From: Amphiura filiformis
Taxonomy: Eukaryota
Assembly (NCBI RefSeq): GCF_039555335.1
Contig: NC_092646.1
Location: 57,946,946-58,010,945, forward strand
Direction of reading: 5' to 3'
Length of the DNA: 64,000 nt
This document shows, in pieces, positions 12,911 through 25,066 of this stretch; the stretch's first letter is position 1, and each line of letters opens with the position of its first letter. A program made the position numbers and the translations under genes. Under the pieces are notes generated by a model that searched no databases, was not told where the DNA came from, and worked only from the letters and a program-made list of their open reading frames with translations.

Positions 12911-13253
12911 TATTCTCACCCTTGGTCCCAACTGTCTAAGTAAAAATCAGTTGTTAAAAATGAGATCTTGAGACTGGACGACTACTTCAAAGCTGAATGC
13001 AACATGAGCAAAAAAATGTTGACTTGTAAATAAATGGTAAATACTGAACTGGTGATGTTTCCATTTGTATTGTTATTGTGTGTAGTGTTTACACAAGCAG
13101 AAATAGCCCAATTAGAAATGTTCACAGGGCTGTCAACGGTCACACATTCGTGCGAGTCCTGGCAACAACAAAAATCGGGGTCCAATTATATAACAATTTT
13201 AGTCGGTAAACAATATTTCTGTCCCAGTATGCCCGACAATATCTCACTTCAAA

Positions 13254-13703
13254 CAATAGAGGTTATCCACGTTACTCATGTGTGACTTCTAACAAAAGGC
13301 GCTGGTTCCCGTAGTATTCCTCATTCAAACCGGAGATGAATACTCAGTTCAAACTAATTCAATGCACGACCTCGGAGTTACTTACATGACTTGGTGGGCT
13401 ATTCTGAAACAGTCATGGTTGCACATGCAGGTACTTCTTTTGAAAATCCTAAACAAGGTATAGCAGTCGCTGATAGGATATACAGTGGAAACTCATTATA
13501 ACGAAGTTGTCAGGGACAGAGAAATTAGTTCTTTATATCCAAATTTCGTTATATCAGGGTTGTAAAAACAATATACATGTATAACAAAAGAATTTTGTAT
13601 CTTGGTTCTGGAAAAATACTTCTTTATAACAGGGTTTTTCTTGTATCCGATTTCGTTATGAGGTTTTACTGTACAACTTATAGAACATGGATAACCTCTA
13701 TTG
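13254..13703. mobile_element. MITE family E (TIR CAATAGAGGTTATCCACGT), copy 1, with a ~190-bp internal insertion
   Basis: Termini CAATAGAGGTTATCCACGTTACTCATG ... CATGGATAACCTCTATTG. A second copy at 63396-63625 lacks 13490-13680. Confidence 0.75.
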
Positions 13704-14294
13704 TGCAAAGTTGACAGGCCCGGTGTTTATGAAAGGTGTACACCACCAATTATAGGCAATTCATTGTGATGTCAATCTGCAGTGTCCATTTCTGTGGGAT
13801 TCAGGTTGGAGAAAATTCTTAGCAAGTATGTGGCCACAGCATGGTAGCATGAGGGAATAATTTATATTTTCTTGAAGAATAGACTCCCCAGGCAAAATAA
13901 TTCTGAACGTTTTTTCCTATACATGCTATACTATCAAAAACACTAAAAGCTTTTGTGCTAAGTTTGTATGGAGTAACTATACTACTATTAAAGGGTCAAT
14001 CTTATTTATTGAATCTTCAAAAGCAGCATTAACAACATTGCAAATCATACAGTACCCTTCCATTCTATAATGTTCAGGCAGCTGCACACTTGTACTACAA
14101 AGTACTGAAGTCACATGATGCTGAAAAATACTTGGGTCAGCATTATGAGAACAAACAAAGAAAGATTGCAAATAAGCAGTCGGATTATGATTTTTGTCAA
14201 GGACCCTTGTGATCCATATCAAGGCGGAGCAAGTGATGATTGACGAGATTGGGGAAGCTCAGACAGAAGTCACAAAACGAACAAGTGTTTCTGG

Positions 14295-14800
14295 AAGTGG
14301 ATGGTGCAGTGGTATTAAGCATTTCTCTTTGTATGGATAGTTGCCTCTAATGGATCTGAACGGGGGTCTGAATAAGCTATGAATCTTGACATGTTGCCAT
14401 ACCAAGCAAGCGATTAAGGCACAAGATAGGAGCCCGACAAAACCAAAGTTTCTGTAAGGGATGAAATCAAAACTCGACCGCCGGTTGAACCACGTTCCAT
14501 TGTTTAGAACAATAACAATCGGCTCCAACCAGGCGGTCGACAACCGGTCAAGTTTTGATTTCATCCCTAAGTGGATATTCCACATTTCTCTTTGTATGGA
14601 TAAGTGCCTTGGATTGAACTGACCGGTGGTCTGTTGAAGACAGGAATCTTGAAATGTTGCCATACCAAGGGAAAGCAAGCGACAAAGGTAACAAGATCAG
14701 GGCCCGACAAAACTAAGTGGGTGTTATGCAGTATTTCTCTTCGTTTGGATAGGTGCCTCCGATGGAACTAAAAGGTGTTCTATCACTCAGTGCAGGGTTC
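14295..14800. repeat. Tandem repeat (~145-bp unit, 3 copies) with a foldback insertion at 14455-14570
   Basis: Repeated TTTCTCTTTGTATGGATAGTTGCC...GAATCTTGACATGTTGCCATACCAAG..AAGCGA..AAGGCACAAGAT..GCCCGACAAAAC. Palindrome GGGATGAAATCAAAACTCGACCG...CGGTCGACAACCGGTCAAGTTTTGATTTCATCCC. Confidence 0.7.
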
Positions 14801-16794
14801 TTGACATGTTGACTGAAAGGTATATTGCAGTAAAAAGATCTGTGGTTTATTGTGATGTGATTTTAAAGGAACAGACCAAAAAGTCAGATCTATATAAATG
14901 AAACTAGTTTCGCCACAAGGGAGGGGGTCAAAATCAAATTATGATTAAGGTTACACGAAGAAACGTATCAAAAACGTATAAAAGACGTATAAAGTTGTTC
15001 TCTAAAACCGTGTTTTCTCAGCAATCAAATATCGCAGTGAGTCAAATGTTGGTGCATGGATGTATCTTAACATTATTTTTGTGTGTTTATACAAATTTTT
15101 AGAATCCGTTTGAAAATCCTTTGTTTAAATCATTTTTACGCACCATATCATCCAGGATAATTTAAAAAAATGAAAATTTAGAAAATTCAAAGGAAAATTG
15201 CCAAAAAACGGCTGCCCACAATCAACCCCTCCCCCATCAGCCCATATGGTCCTATCATGGTCACCCCTTCCCTATCCCTGCAACATATAGGATGACTCAC
15301 GAGCCGCGGTTTGTCTGTGGCCCCAGTTCAGATTGATACACTATTGTACGCGCGAGTTCATTCTTTTCTGCATGGCTGTTTCCATTATTAACTTTACGCC
15401 CCTCTGGAATCAAGCCTTGAAAATCAAATGCACATGTTACAAAATGGGACAACCAAAACATACACAAAATAATTCACACATCACACATCGTAATTTCTTC
15501 TTGGTGGAAGGACCAAAACATTATTATGGTCATTTGAAGCAACAGAATTTATTTTATATGATCATTATATATAACCTGCCCACCTCTACACACATGGGTG
15601 TGAGGGGAGGAATCACTCACACACCCACAGCATTGGGTGTGTAACTTGCACACTCCATAGGAGTAGCCAACTCTGAAAGATAGGATGGGAGGCCCATGCT
15701 CGGACGGTTGTGGAGTGCGAAATTGTGTGACAACACTTCAATACAGAACATAGTGTGATCTTGATGAAACATCCAAGCGGCAAAATTCATGGCCCATGGA
15801 AAAGTGTCACACAATTTCGCAGTTCTATTAGTACATGTAGTAGGTAGCCTAGTCCCTCTGCTCTAAAATTCTTGAACTTTGGGTAAAATCGCCAGGCACC
15901 TGTTTAATATAAGGCTTGGGTGGGTGGGTCACTGGGTCACCCAATGATACCCAATGAGGATGACCCACTAAAACCCAAAGTGATGACAGATGGATAAATG
16001 AATAATTTAAATACACTCCCAATTAGATGGGTAGCCCATCCACACCCTATGAGCACGGCATCTACCCACTTACACACTAAAGCTATCCTGTATTTAACTA
16101 TCCCTGCTACAACTTACTTATCTAATGTCACACAACAGGCTATATGTGAGCAGGTTACACACACATGGTTAGAAGGTGTGTAAGTAACCGTTATCCACAC
16201 ACCCATGGTGTAAAGGGGGTTCAATACACGACCACAGTGATAGATGTTATGAATGGATGGTGTTATAATAAAACATTCAGCACCTTATTTATACATAATT
16301 ATTATAGACAAACATTTCATGTGAATAGAGTTTGGTGATATCATATCTCAACTGTAAAAACAAGAAACAAATAAAGGCGACATGATACAAAAAATTACTA
16401 ATTTATGCACGGTTAAGGTACGATAATTAGAAACACCTTCCAGATGAAATGTTGCCATGGAAACACCTTTTGGGGGAAGATTTTATAAACCATCCTATTG
16501 TTTTAATTATCCCCTTTGATTCCACAGAAATCATGACCTTTGACATCATTAGTGATTGGTACATTATCGACCAAGCACAAATGGCCATGTAACCTCTATA
16601 TGAGGTTGTAGTGGACAGAAGACATGTAATAATTATTCTCATTATTTTGGGGGTCAAGTTGAAACATGACAGTACTAAAACGTTTTCTCGACTGCTGTTT
16701 TGGAATAAATGTCTTTTAACATCAAATCTCCAATTGTTCAATGGTTAAAATTGTTTGCAGCTTACACATGCAAATTCATTCACTGGGGACAATG

Positions 16795-16965
16795 GTCTAT
16801 TTCAGTTGAAATCCATACACCCTATATGACCTTGAACTTCCACACACGGAGTGTGAATTTCAAATGGGGATACCTGAATGGGTGAATCCATTTGAAATCT
16901 ACACCCCTATGTGGGAGATTAAGGTTAATTCTTCCATGGGGGTGTGGATTTCAAGTGGAATAGCA
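16795..16965. mobile_element. MITE family A, full copy
   Basis: GAAATCCATACACCC...CCACACACGGAGTGTGAATTTCAAATGGGGATACCTGAATGGGTGAATCCATTTGAAATCTACACCCC...GGGGGTGTGGATTTCAAGTGGAATAGC. The halves are mutual reverse complements. Confidence 0.8.
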
Positions 16966-17039
16966 CAATTCAGATTTTAACAACAACCAAGCAAGATCAT
17001 GGAAACTTGGTTATTCTCTGATCACAGTCATCTCAAAAC

Positions 17040-17260
17040 GAGGTTCTACCAGCAAAGCGCATGCTATGCGTACACGCGTACGCCTGTCAAATGCATGCTT
17101 TAATTACTGCGTACGTGTTGCAAAAACCTTCTGGCACGTTGCTAGAAAAGCGCGGTAACCAAAAATGCACATTTTGCGCATGCGTTCACAGGGAGAACCT
17201 TGTTTTGGTTGCAAGATGGCAGACTCGAGCAAAGGGTGAATTATCATGTTTAGAACATGT
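17040..17260. promoter_or_regulatory. Candidate CpG-rich promoter-like island in an otherwise CpG-poor region
   Basis: GCGCATGC palindromes at 17048, 17173 and 17176 (NRF1-like GCGCATGCGY), ACGCGTACGC, and CAAGATGGCAG at 17212. ATGTTTAGAACAT|gtaaga follows, a possible short first exon plus donor. Confidence 0.3.
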
Positions 17261-18812
17261 AAGAGACACAATTCATTTCTAGAGCATCTTTCCAGAACTC
17301 ATTTTATGCATAAGTCGAAAATAGTTTAGTACTTGGATAACTTGACAAACAATAATTCAATATAAAGATAATCTGATTGGATAGACCTTCACAGTCATAC
17401 AATGATATTATTATTCAGTTCCACATTCAACTGAAAAAACAAAATTTATGCAAAATTACATGCATTTGCACATAATGCACATAATTATCAATTTCAAAAT
17501 AAATTTTCTAATTTTTGTCCTTAATTCAAATCAAAAAACATTCACTACTGCAGATAAACAGGACAATATTTTCAAAACAAAAACCAAAATCTATAAGTTA
17601 CTACAATTTTCTTCTATTTTCATGAATATAATATAAATGGACATAAATACTCAATAGTAAAAAAGGAGAACAAAAAGTTTGATTAGTACAACCAAACATG
17701 TAGAAAACATAATCAGGGAGTGTCTGCTCATTGGTCGATTTTGGGTGCATCCTTGGTGTAAGGACATCATGAGTTAAACTAGTGTAAAGACTCCATTGTG
17801 GAATGAAGCAGCTTACAGAATAAAGCTGTATAATCATTCAATGATTTCCATGCTAGGCTAACACCAAGGATGCACCTGATTTTGGACTTTATTCCCATTG
17901 TTTTTATCACAATGATTTACTTTTGAACACTCTATTTCATTCAACCTGCCAGACCTCTGCACCTTCTGGTGTTCAATCAGTTTAAATAGCTATTGCAATA
18001 GTCTTGTTTTATATCTGGTCTTGTTTGAGTTCACAGAACTTAATAAAGCATTATTTTTAGAATTTAGCATAAGTGACGGGCATTAATTTTTCCTCTTCCA
18101 GGAACAAACTGCCTGTCCAAAATGACGGGTGGAAAGGTGGCTAGCTAATATAACACCCTGTGAAAGAGCTATGGGATTTGGTTTTGTTTATAGGACTTCC
18201 GATGGCCCCTGCAGGGTTAGAAATCCAACGCAAATCCGAGAATCCATTTGCGCAAATATTCTCCTAAACACAGAGAATTCAAGTAGATTCTCACAAACCT
18301 TTCTTGTTTTATATACTTAGTGAATGGAGGAGAATCTGAAGATTCTCGCAAGTTATTTTTAAGAATCTAAATGGATTTTCGCAGCTCTCTGTGGATTTCT
18401 GACCCTGCCCTGGTGCATGTTTTTGTTGAGACTGACCTTAAATTTTAATATCTAGAGCATTAAAGTTAACTGGCAGTGTAATTGTTTGGATTAATACCAC
18501 TTATATCCCCATTTGATTTACAAGTTAACTTAGTTTCAGCTACCACTGTAAATACAAATATCAAAATAGAATAAGTATGAAGATATATAACATTTGTTCC
18601 AACTAGACGAGTTATTCTGAATTTTTTTTTTTTCAAATATTTTTCAATTTAAGAAAAGGTTAATTGCTTATTTTATTGTGAATTGAACTTTAAATCGCAC
18701 ATACATTGAACCCAATCTGGAAGCATTGTCTTTTTTTCCCGAACAGTACAAAAATAACAATTACTTTTCTACATTTGAGCCACGCGAGTAGCACTTCATT
18801 AAAATCAGCGAT

Positions 18813-18988
18813 TTCAGTTGAAATCCATACACCCCCTATGGAAGACAAGACCTTAATCTTCCACACAAGGAGTGTGAATTTGAAATGGGGGTTACCTGAA
18901 CTGGCAATTCCATTTTAAAGCTACACCCCCTGTGTGGGTGATTAAGGTCATGTCTTCCATACAGGATGTCTGGATTTCAACTGGAATA
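18813..18988. mobile_element. MITE family A, full copy
   Basis: Same consensus and the same hairpin. Confidence 0.8.
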
Positions 18989-19267
18989 GCCCAGGAAGTG
19001 CATTTCATAACTGTTGACAGCCCATCTCATTTCAGTACTTCATACAATGAGGTCCGAGGTAATGCGAGGTGAAAGTTGTTCCGTACATTTGTATTTGACA
19101 TAACTGGCAAAAGCATAGTTTGTGCTAGCCTGCCTTTGGGGATGGACCCCAAGAGTTTGTGATGGACTCCCTTTTGAACTTGATCAACTAAGGGGTTTAA
19201 ATTTAGCCTGTATGCTCACAGAAGTTTTTCCAGATTCAAATCTGTCCGAGTGCTCATTATATTGAGT

Positions 19268-19445
19268 GCACTTGTGGCACTCAGGCATGAGACTGCACTT
19301 TCCTAAAAAAAAACTGAAAATGCGCATGAAATTGGGCAAAAAGTACCAAAAACAGGCTGAAATTAAATAAAGTTGCGGAAATTTTGACTATAAAAAAAAC
19401 TGAATTCAGTTTTTAAACTGAAAATTCTCATGCCTGGGCACTGGG
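19268..19445. mobile_element. MITE family G (TIR CAGTGCCCAGGCATGAG), full copy; fragment at 27100-27262
   Basis: CACTCAGGCATGAGACTGCACTTTCCTAAAAAAAAACTGAAAATGCGCATGAAATTGGGCAAAAAGTACCAAAAACAGGCTGAAA... ends ...TCTCATGCCTGGGCACTG. 27170-27262 shares the core. Confidence 0.65.
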
Positions 19446-19989
19446 TCAAAATGTAAATTACAGGATAGTTTGTTGGGTTTTGGTGATATCAATCCATTTG
19501 CCGGTGGCTTGACATCAACTGTAACCATGAGATCTTAAAAAGAGTTTCCTTATTACAATCCCGAATGCCGATTAGATCAAATACTACAATAGAGGTTATA
19601 CCTTGTTACACCATCTTGTGGGTACAAATCTTATTTTTGTGTTTATAAATGGGCACTATAGGCAGCGTAATTGTTGTGCATTAGCGCCATATTTTGTGTT
19701 TACGTGCAGAGCTGCCAACATTTGAATCTTGAAAAAAGGGAGATTTCCTGTTGCAATCAGGAGATTTGTCAAAATGTGTACATCTTAATCGACGAAACCA
19801 TTTCCTTTTCAGGGAGATGACCAAAAATTAAGGGTTCTGAATGGTTAAAAGTAGGGAGTCTTCTGCGAAAAGAGGGAGTTGGCAGCTGTTACGTGTGAAG
19901 GATCGAATGCTGAACTTCTCCCTGAAGGCATCAAAAAAAAGGTCTACTCACAAGATGGCAGACATGAGATGTCACATCTACTACTGTAT

Positions 19990-20205
19990 TTAAGTGGTAA
20001 TTTTCGCGAGGGTTTTATTTTCGCGAATTTCGCGATTAGAGCTCCAACCGCGAAAATAACACCTCGCGAATGTATGCAATAATGTATTATAAGTATAGGG
20101 AAGGACTGGGCAATCGCAAAAATAACTTTCGCGAAAACGTGTCTCTCACTGCAAATCGCGAAAATAACTGTACGCGAAAATTACCACTTATACAGTACCT
20201 CTATC
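19990..20205. mobile_element. Small TIR element (TIR AAGTGGTAATTTTCGCG) filled with TTTTCGCGAAAAT-type palindromes
   Basis: TAAGTGGTAATTTTCGCGAG ... TACGCGAAAATTACCACTTATA. The interior holds six or more CGCGAAAAT/ATTTTCGCG units. Confidence 0.6.
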
Positions 20206-21682
20206 ATGGGCCTCATAATTCATATAAAAAAGCTAAGCTTGTACACAAGATGCATCCCCCTTATGGCTACCCAATGTTTTGGTGCCCAATCTTCATGCTC
20301 TATCTATATTGAAGTGGCAAATTTTCTGTTTTCTAAATGGTCAATTCTGTTGTCTAAAAACATACCAATTCTAGGGAATTTTGTCAACTTTCTAGAAACA
20401 CTCTGCCAAGATGTAATGGCACCTTGCATGCTGTAATTGCTGTTGCTGAAAAAAATTGGGAGATCCAAAAACTAGTTTCCAACTTTCATTGGATTTTTAA
20501 GTACTATGGGCCTAAAGGCAAGTAAATCAGGGACTTGATGAAGATATCTATAAAAGATGAGGTTTTTGCTTGGGTACGTAGTATGCTGAATGTTAATTCA
20601 AAATAGCTAGTATTTTCGGTGAAAGCAGTCTTTGATTTTTCATTTTCTTCTCCCAATTCCGTGATTTTTTCAAAGAAAACAGAAATCTTACCACTTTGAT
20701 CTATATCATAATCATACAGAAAACAACTGAAAATGAATGAAACGCAAGTCCCATTTGCACATATTTTGTATGTTTATTTGGAAGGGACATACAGAAATGT
20801 ATTCATTGGTGGCTTATGATGCTCAATTATTTCAGAATATAAATTATGAATGTACATCATTTTCGACTTGCTGTGTTATGCACAGCAGTTAAAGTATGAA
20901 GTATAATAACCATTTTATTACATCGGGGCCCAAAATAGGTTTGTTTGCCATAACATGCTGGATCAGTCCCGCTCCCAAAAATTTAATTGAAAATATGTGC
21001 TATGGGATATTTTGAGATTAAAATATCCAAAATCACACATAATATGATAACGTTCAAAGAACAACTTCCCCCTCCCACAGATTAGGAAGAGTGGATCAGC
21101 AGGTTTGAAGTCCAACATTTTATAGCAAACAAACCACTTTAGGTCTAATTTCCAGCAACAGGTGTTTAATTGAATTTCCGCTCGTGTTTAATTAAGCTAC
21201 ATGTGATTCAGATTATTCTTTACTACAATATCAGTAAACATGTAGGCCGTCATATTGAACATGATTGTTACAAAACAATATTATCCCAGTGGACAGAGAG
21301 CCATCGTGCAATTTGAGGTATCAATATTAATTACAACTCCCTTAGGTTTGGAGCTTCTACAATCCATGTAGGCCCAAAGACTGCGCTCAGCTGCAGAAAG
21401 ATATATCTGATGAGTGATGAGTTTATGATTGCATGAGTTCGCCAAATGCAGTGCATTCCTATTAAGGTGCATAGTACATGAATGAATATCACACACAGCA
21501 CCAGTCTTTTCTACCACTGAGCATACATTCATTGTGTAGCTTCATATTAATAGACAAGGCCTGGTGACCATTACCTGCAGGTGCGGCACAAATCGCACAA
21601 TTTGGCCCTGAATTGCTACACACAGATGTGCGCTCATTTATCAAACCCAATCGATCAATTAACACAAGCTAAACAGGCCCAT

Positions 21683-21842
21683 TGGACTATTCCATGACCT
21701 TAAATCTACCATACAGGGAGTGTGAACTTCAAATGGGGTTACCTGAATGGGTGACTCCATTTGAAATTTACACCTGTAAGTGGGAAATAGATTACGGTCA
21801 TGTCTTCCATAGGGAGTGTATGGATTTCAACTGAAATACCCC
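21683..21842. mobile_element. MITE family A, copy lacking the extreme left terminus
   Basis: CCATACAGGGAGTGTGAACTTCAAATGGGGTTACCTGAATGGGTGACTCCATTTGAAATTTACACC...GGGAGTGTATGGATTTCAACTGAAATACC. Confidence 0.75.
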
Positions 21843-22439
21843 ATTTCAATTGATTTGTAATCTATCATGGAAGCGACCTCTATCCATGCCAGGGAAGCTG
21901 ATATTTTTGAAATAACATATTTTATTATAACTTATACAAAATTGGCACTTTTGTTTAGAAACAAAATGTGCGAAGTTTCCCAAATCAAACAAAAGCATTT
22001 ACTGGGCCTACCTAGTAATCTCTCTGTAATAAGGTAAAAATAAATATTGTGTTCCTCTCCGCTGTATTTCACAGGTGGGTCAGTTGGCAACAAAACATTT
22101 TCTTACACTTTTCTTGCTTTTAATTCCAAACCAAAATGACAAAAATAGCTTCATTTTGGGTGCATTGTTCAACAGTCTCCAAAAAAAGACCCCACCCAAA
22201 GTGAAAATTTGGGTGCTTTTCAGGCTCTCCTTTTTTTGTTGCTGTCATGTTGAGAGAGAGCAACACAATATTCTATATTTTTGGCCTTTCTGACAAGACA
22301 TTTGGTCAATTAATACTGCAGATTTACAAAATTCCGGCTCATTCCAATCTTATATCGGCTAATGTAGCTGAGCACTCCGCTGATTACTTGTTTGTTGTCC
22401 GCTGATTACAAGAAGGATGCAAGTGCAATATTGGTCTAT

Positions 22440-22626
22440 TCCGGTTGAAATCCATATACCCCCCTATGGAAGACATATCCTTAATCTCCCATACACAGGG
22501 TGTAGATTTCAATTGGGAGTCACCCATTTTGGTAATCCCATTTTGAAATTCACACTCACTGTGTTGAAGATTAAGGCCATGCCTTCCATAGGGGTGATGG
22601 TATGGATTTCAACTGTAACAGCCCAT
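22440..22626. mobile_element. MITE family A, full copy
   Basis: Same consensus. Confidence 0.8.
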
Positions 22627-23169
22627 TATTTCCAAAATCCAATTCCTGCTATTGTGGCAACTCAACATACAAGACTTATGTAAATTGTATCACATCACTG
22701 CAGGGCATATTTCAGCTGGTATTTACATAGCATTAAAACACTACCATATTTTATACAACATGCTATGCAATTTTGAGGTACAAGATATATCCTGAAATTG
22801 CTATGCAATATTTTTCTAAAATATGCACCGCTTGCATCTGCCCTCAGGTGAACACAAAACTAGAAATGACGGGATCCAAAATGAATTCCACAACTGTCCA
22901 ATAGTTACTTGAAGCCCCATCTTTCAAAATTTTGCCTTTTTTGCACTGCACCAGAGGACAGAGATTTGTTTGCATTGTAAGTTGAGGTACCCTATCACTA
23001 AAGAGCTCATTTAGATCCTTTAGTAGAGATTAGACTCTTAAGTCTTAACCTCTGTGGGTATCACCCAAAATAGCAGGACTTGGCAACTTATAAATTTATA
23101 CTAAAAAAAAAATTAAGGGCTAGAATTTCGGCACAAAGTGCAAGAATGGTTTTTGATTCTTGTAGATTG

Positions 23170-23358
23170 GGACATTCCATTTGAAATTTATACACCCCCT
23201 CTGGACGACATAACCTTTATCTTACACACATGGGAGTGCAAATTTCAAATGGGGTTACCTAAATGGGCGACTCCATTTGAAATCTATGCCACCCCCTGTG
23301 TGGGAGATTTAGATCACATCTTCCATAGGGGGTGTATGGATTTCAACTGGAATAGCCT
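23170..23358. mobile_element. MITE family A, full copy
   Basis: Same consensus; sits about 450 bp downstream of the SERBP1-like stop codon. Confidence 0.8.
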
Positions 23359-23860
23359 GCGTAGACTGAAAATTTACGAGAATCAAAGTCACACATATCC
23401 TTCCACAATCATCTCTAAAGATAATATTTGATTTGCCAAGTTGCATCAACATTCTAACCCTCATGTTGCACATACAGCATTCTCGTAATCTCCAGAAAAT
23501 CTCATTTGAATAGACACCGTACAAAATTAAGCCTCCGTCGACATTCAAACATAATCCTCTCTTTACACATCGCAGAACTGTTTTTGTTACTAATGCTTCT
23601 TGTTTTCACAAAGTTTGCAGGTAGAATAATTTACAGGAACACCACTGTGGGCATCATCGGCTCAAAAAACATATTTCTGTTGCCATCTCCGGCTGGCTTC
23701 TTGGGCCAGATAGTCTTGCAAGACCAAGATGTTGTCTTTTTTTTTTTTTTTTTAATAGTTCATTTTTTTGTTTAAAGCTATTGAGTTAGCATTGTCCCTT
23801 TACTAGGGAAGGTGGTTTTCACATGAACCACGGGACCTACTTGGGAGGCCTCTTTCATAT

Positions 23861-24337
23861 TTAATTGGCGCCCAAAGACGGGAACTCGTCTTCGTTGTCG
23901 ACCATAGGAGCAGGGCCCTCGTCTCTTCTTCTGCCGCCGCCGCGCCGCCGCGACCACCACCACGCCCTCTGCCTCCTCCACGACCGCCTCCAAATCCACG
24001 CCCGCCGCCAAATCCACGCCCACTTCCAAATCCACCCCCCTCGCGACGATCACCACCGCGATCACCACCACGGTCACCACCGCGATCACGGTCACCGCCA
24101 CGATCGCGATCACCGCCACGATCGCGATCACCGCCACGACCACCCCCACGATCTCGGTCACGATCACCACGATCGCTACCGCCACCGGGTCCGCCACGAC
24201 CTCCTCGTCCACCGCCACGGCGTCCTCCACGACCACCTCTGCCGCCGCCGCCCACGATTCTGATCCGGGTAGAAGTTAATGTTAATTTCCAAAGTCTGTT
24301 TGGTGTGTCGGTCCTTGGCCTGGTGTTCAATAGCATG
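23861..24337 (-). CDS. SERBP1: SERBP1/HABP4 (PAI-RBP1)-like terminal coding exon: conserved flanks in one frame, RGG/GGDRDR/GFGGGRG domain in another (two compensating 1-bp frameshifts)
   Basis: Acceptor tctttttccctttaccaacag|CAT. Frame A reads HAIEHQAKDRHTKQTLEININFYPDQNRG (compare SERBP1 ...[20 protein letters not shown]). About 24252 the frame shifts into the RGG domain (GGRGGRGGRRGGGRGG...GGFGSGRGFGGGRGFGGGRGGGRGRGGGRGG). About 23942 it returns to frame A for RRRDEGPAPMVDNEDEFPSLGAN* (compare SERBP1 C-terminus APDVDDPEAFPALA*). Confidence 0.65.
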
Positions 24338-25031
24338 CTGTTGGTAAAGGGAAAAAGAACATTCAATGACTTCTACAACCAATACGGCAGGCGTGTAATT
24401 TTTTGAATGGAAACATCACAATTTTTGAAAGTTTTTAAAGAAAATGGATATGAATATGTTTAAAGGGCAGGTTTATAGCAAAAACAAGTTTATCTCTATT
24501 CAAAGAGAATAATTATTGGCCATGCGTTTTGAGTTGGGCCGGTAATGCGTTACATGTTTTCGCGAGATGAAAATTGCATGTTTTTGCGTTTAGATGTGAA
24601 TATCTTTCACAAATGATACCCAACATATATAAAAGTATACATTTTCTGGCTGCAAATACCAAATATTTTAGGGAAAAAATGTAAAATTTGACAAATTAAA
24701 AAAAAAAGTTAGCTTTACCCCACATATTTAAAAGTTCCATATTTGAATTCCTCTCAGTCAGAGCTTTAAATAGATATAACATCATAGGGTTCAATAAAAT
24801 TAAAATGATTTTGCGCCAGCTTCTTTCAAGGCATATTTTCCCATTGACTTCAATGTAACCCGAATGGAAAATAAAATATGCAAAATTGCTTCTCAAAGCA
24901 AATTAAATTACCTGGAATATGATTGTATGGTGTTATAGTATGCAGTTTAAAGTGAATTGTAAAAATGTGAAAAAAGAAATGGACCTCTTGCATCATATAA
25001 CCCCTGGGGGTCACTTTTATTAAATTTGCTC

Positions 25032-25066
25032 CTCCTGATCCTCCTCCTCCTGATCCTCCTCCACCC
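25032..25066. repeat. (CCT)n/(CCTCCTGAT) microsatellite
   Basis: CCTCCTGATCCTCCTCCTCCTGATCCTCCTCCACCCC. Confidence 0.7.

Noticed and set aside
23865-24263. His/Arg/Asp-rich + strand ORF (132 aa) and Pro-rich + ORFs 32227-32600
   Set aside because: They are antisense to the GC-rich RGG-encoding exons of the SERBP1-like gene. The sense-strand homology is decisive.
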